Shown here one piece after another: positions 63,719 through 64,000 of a DNA stretch of 64,000 bases. The notes under the pieces were generated by a model. It ran no database searches. It was given only the letters and a program-made list of their open reading frames with translations, and was not told the DNA's origin. The DNA is taken from positions 38,566,001-38,630,000 of the forward strand of contig NC_086097.1 of the NCBI RefSeq assembly GCF_963921235.1, in the 5' to 3' direction. The stretch comes from Mobula hypostoma (lineage: Eukaryota). Position numbers and translations under genes: made by a program. Every line of letters begins with the position of its first letter. Positions within the stretch are counted from its first letter, which is position 1.

Positions 63719-64000
63719 ACCATTTTTCAGCCCATTTTTTCAGCTGGTCCAAATCCCTCTGCAAGCTTTGAAAACGTTCCTCACTGTCCACTACACCTCC
63801 AATCTTTGTATCATCAGCAAATTTGCTGATCCAATTTACCACATTATCATCCAGATTATTAATATAGATGACAAATAACAATGGACCCAGCACTGATCCC
63901 TGTGGCACACCACTAGTCACAGGCTTCCACTCAGAGAAGCAATCCTCCACTACCACTCTCTGGCTTCTTCCATTGAGCCAATGTCTAATCCAATTTACTA
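63719..64000 (-). mobile_element. CR1 LINE RT fragment (runs off window)
   Basis: [22 protein letters not shown]...KFADDTKIGG. Confidence 0.88.

Overview
Eukaryotic, repeat-dense vertebrate DNA. The transposon repertoire suggests a cartilaginous fish, probably a ray (inference). The window holds the last four coding exons of a SPATA7 orthologue on the minus strand (39940-39993, 38230-38307, 36976-37033, 17687-18253). A CpG island at about 2.6-3.1 kb probably marks the first exon of an unidentified leftward gene. Most of the rest is transposons: CR1, Rex1 and L1 LINEs (one full-length L1), two Tc1 elements, a Tc1 fold-back MITE, a Chapaev3-like element, a Tigger remnant, two solo LTRs and tRNA-derived SINEs. 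The most notable signal is a family of Penelope-like (GIY-YIG) retroelement derivatives whose terminal repeat carries a minimal hammerhead ribozyme. They occur as TSD-flanked fold-back palindromes (35394-36667; 23781-30441), as a 129-bp ribozyme-plus-tail insert (1956-2084), and as an insertion that captured about 350 bp of nearby genomic DNA in inverted orientation through microhomology (38622-39032). Most short ORFs in the supplied track are spurious or transposon fragments. All family assignments are by eye, without database searches.
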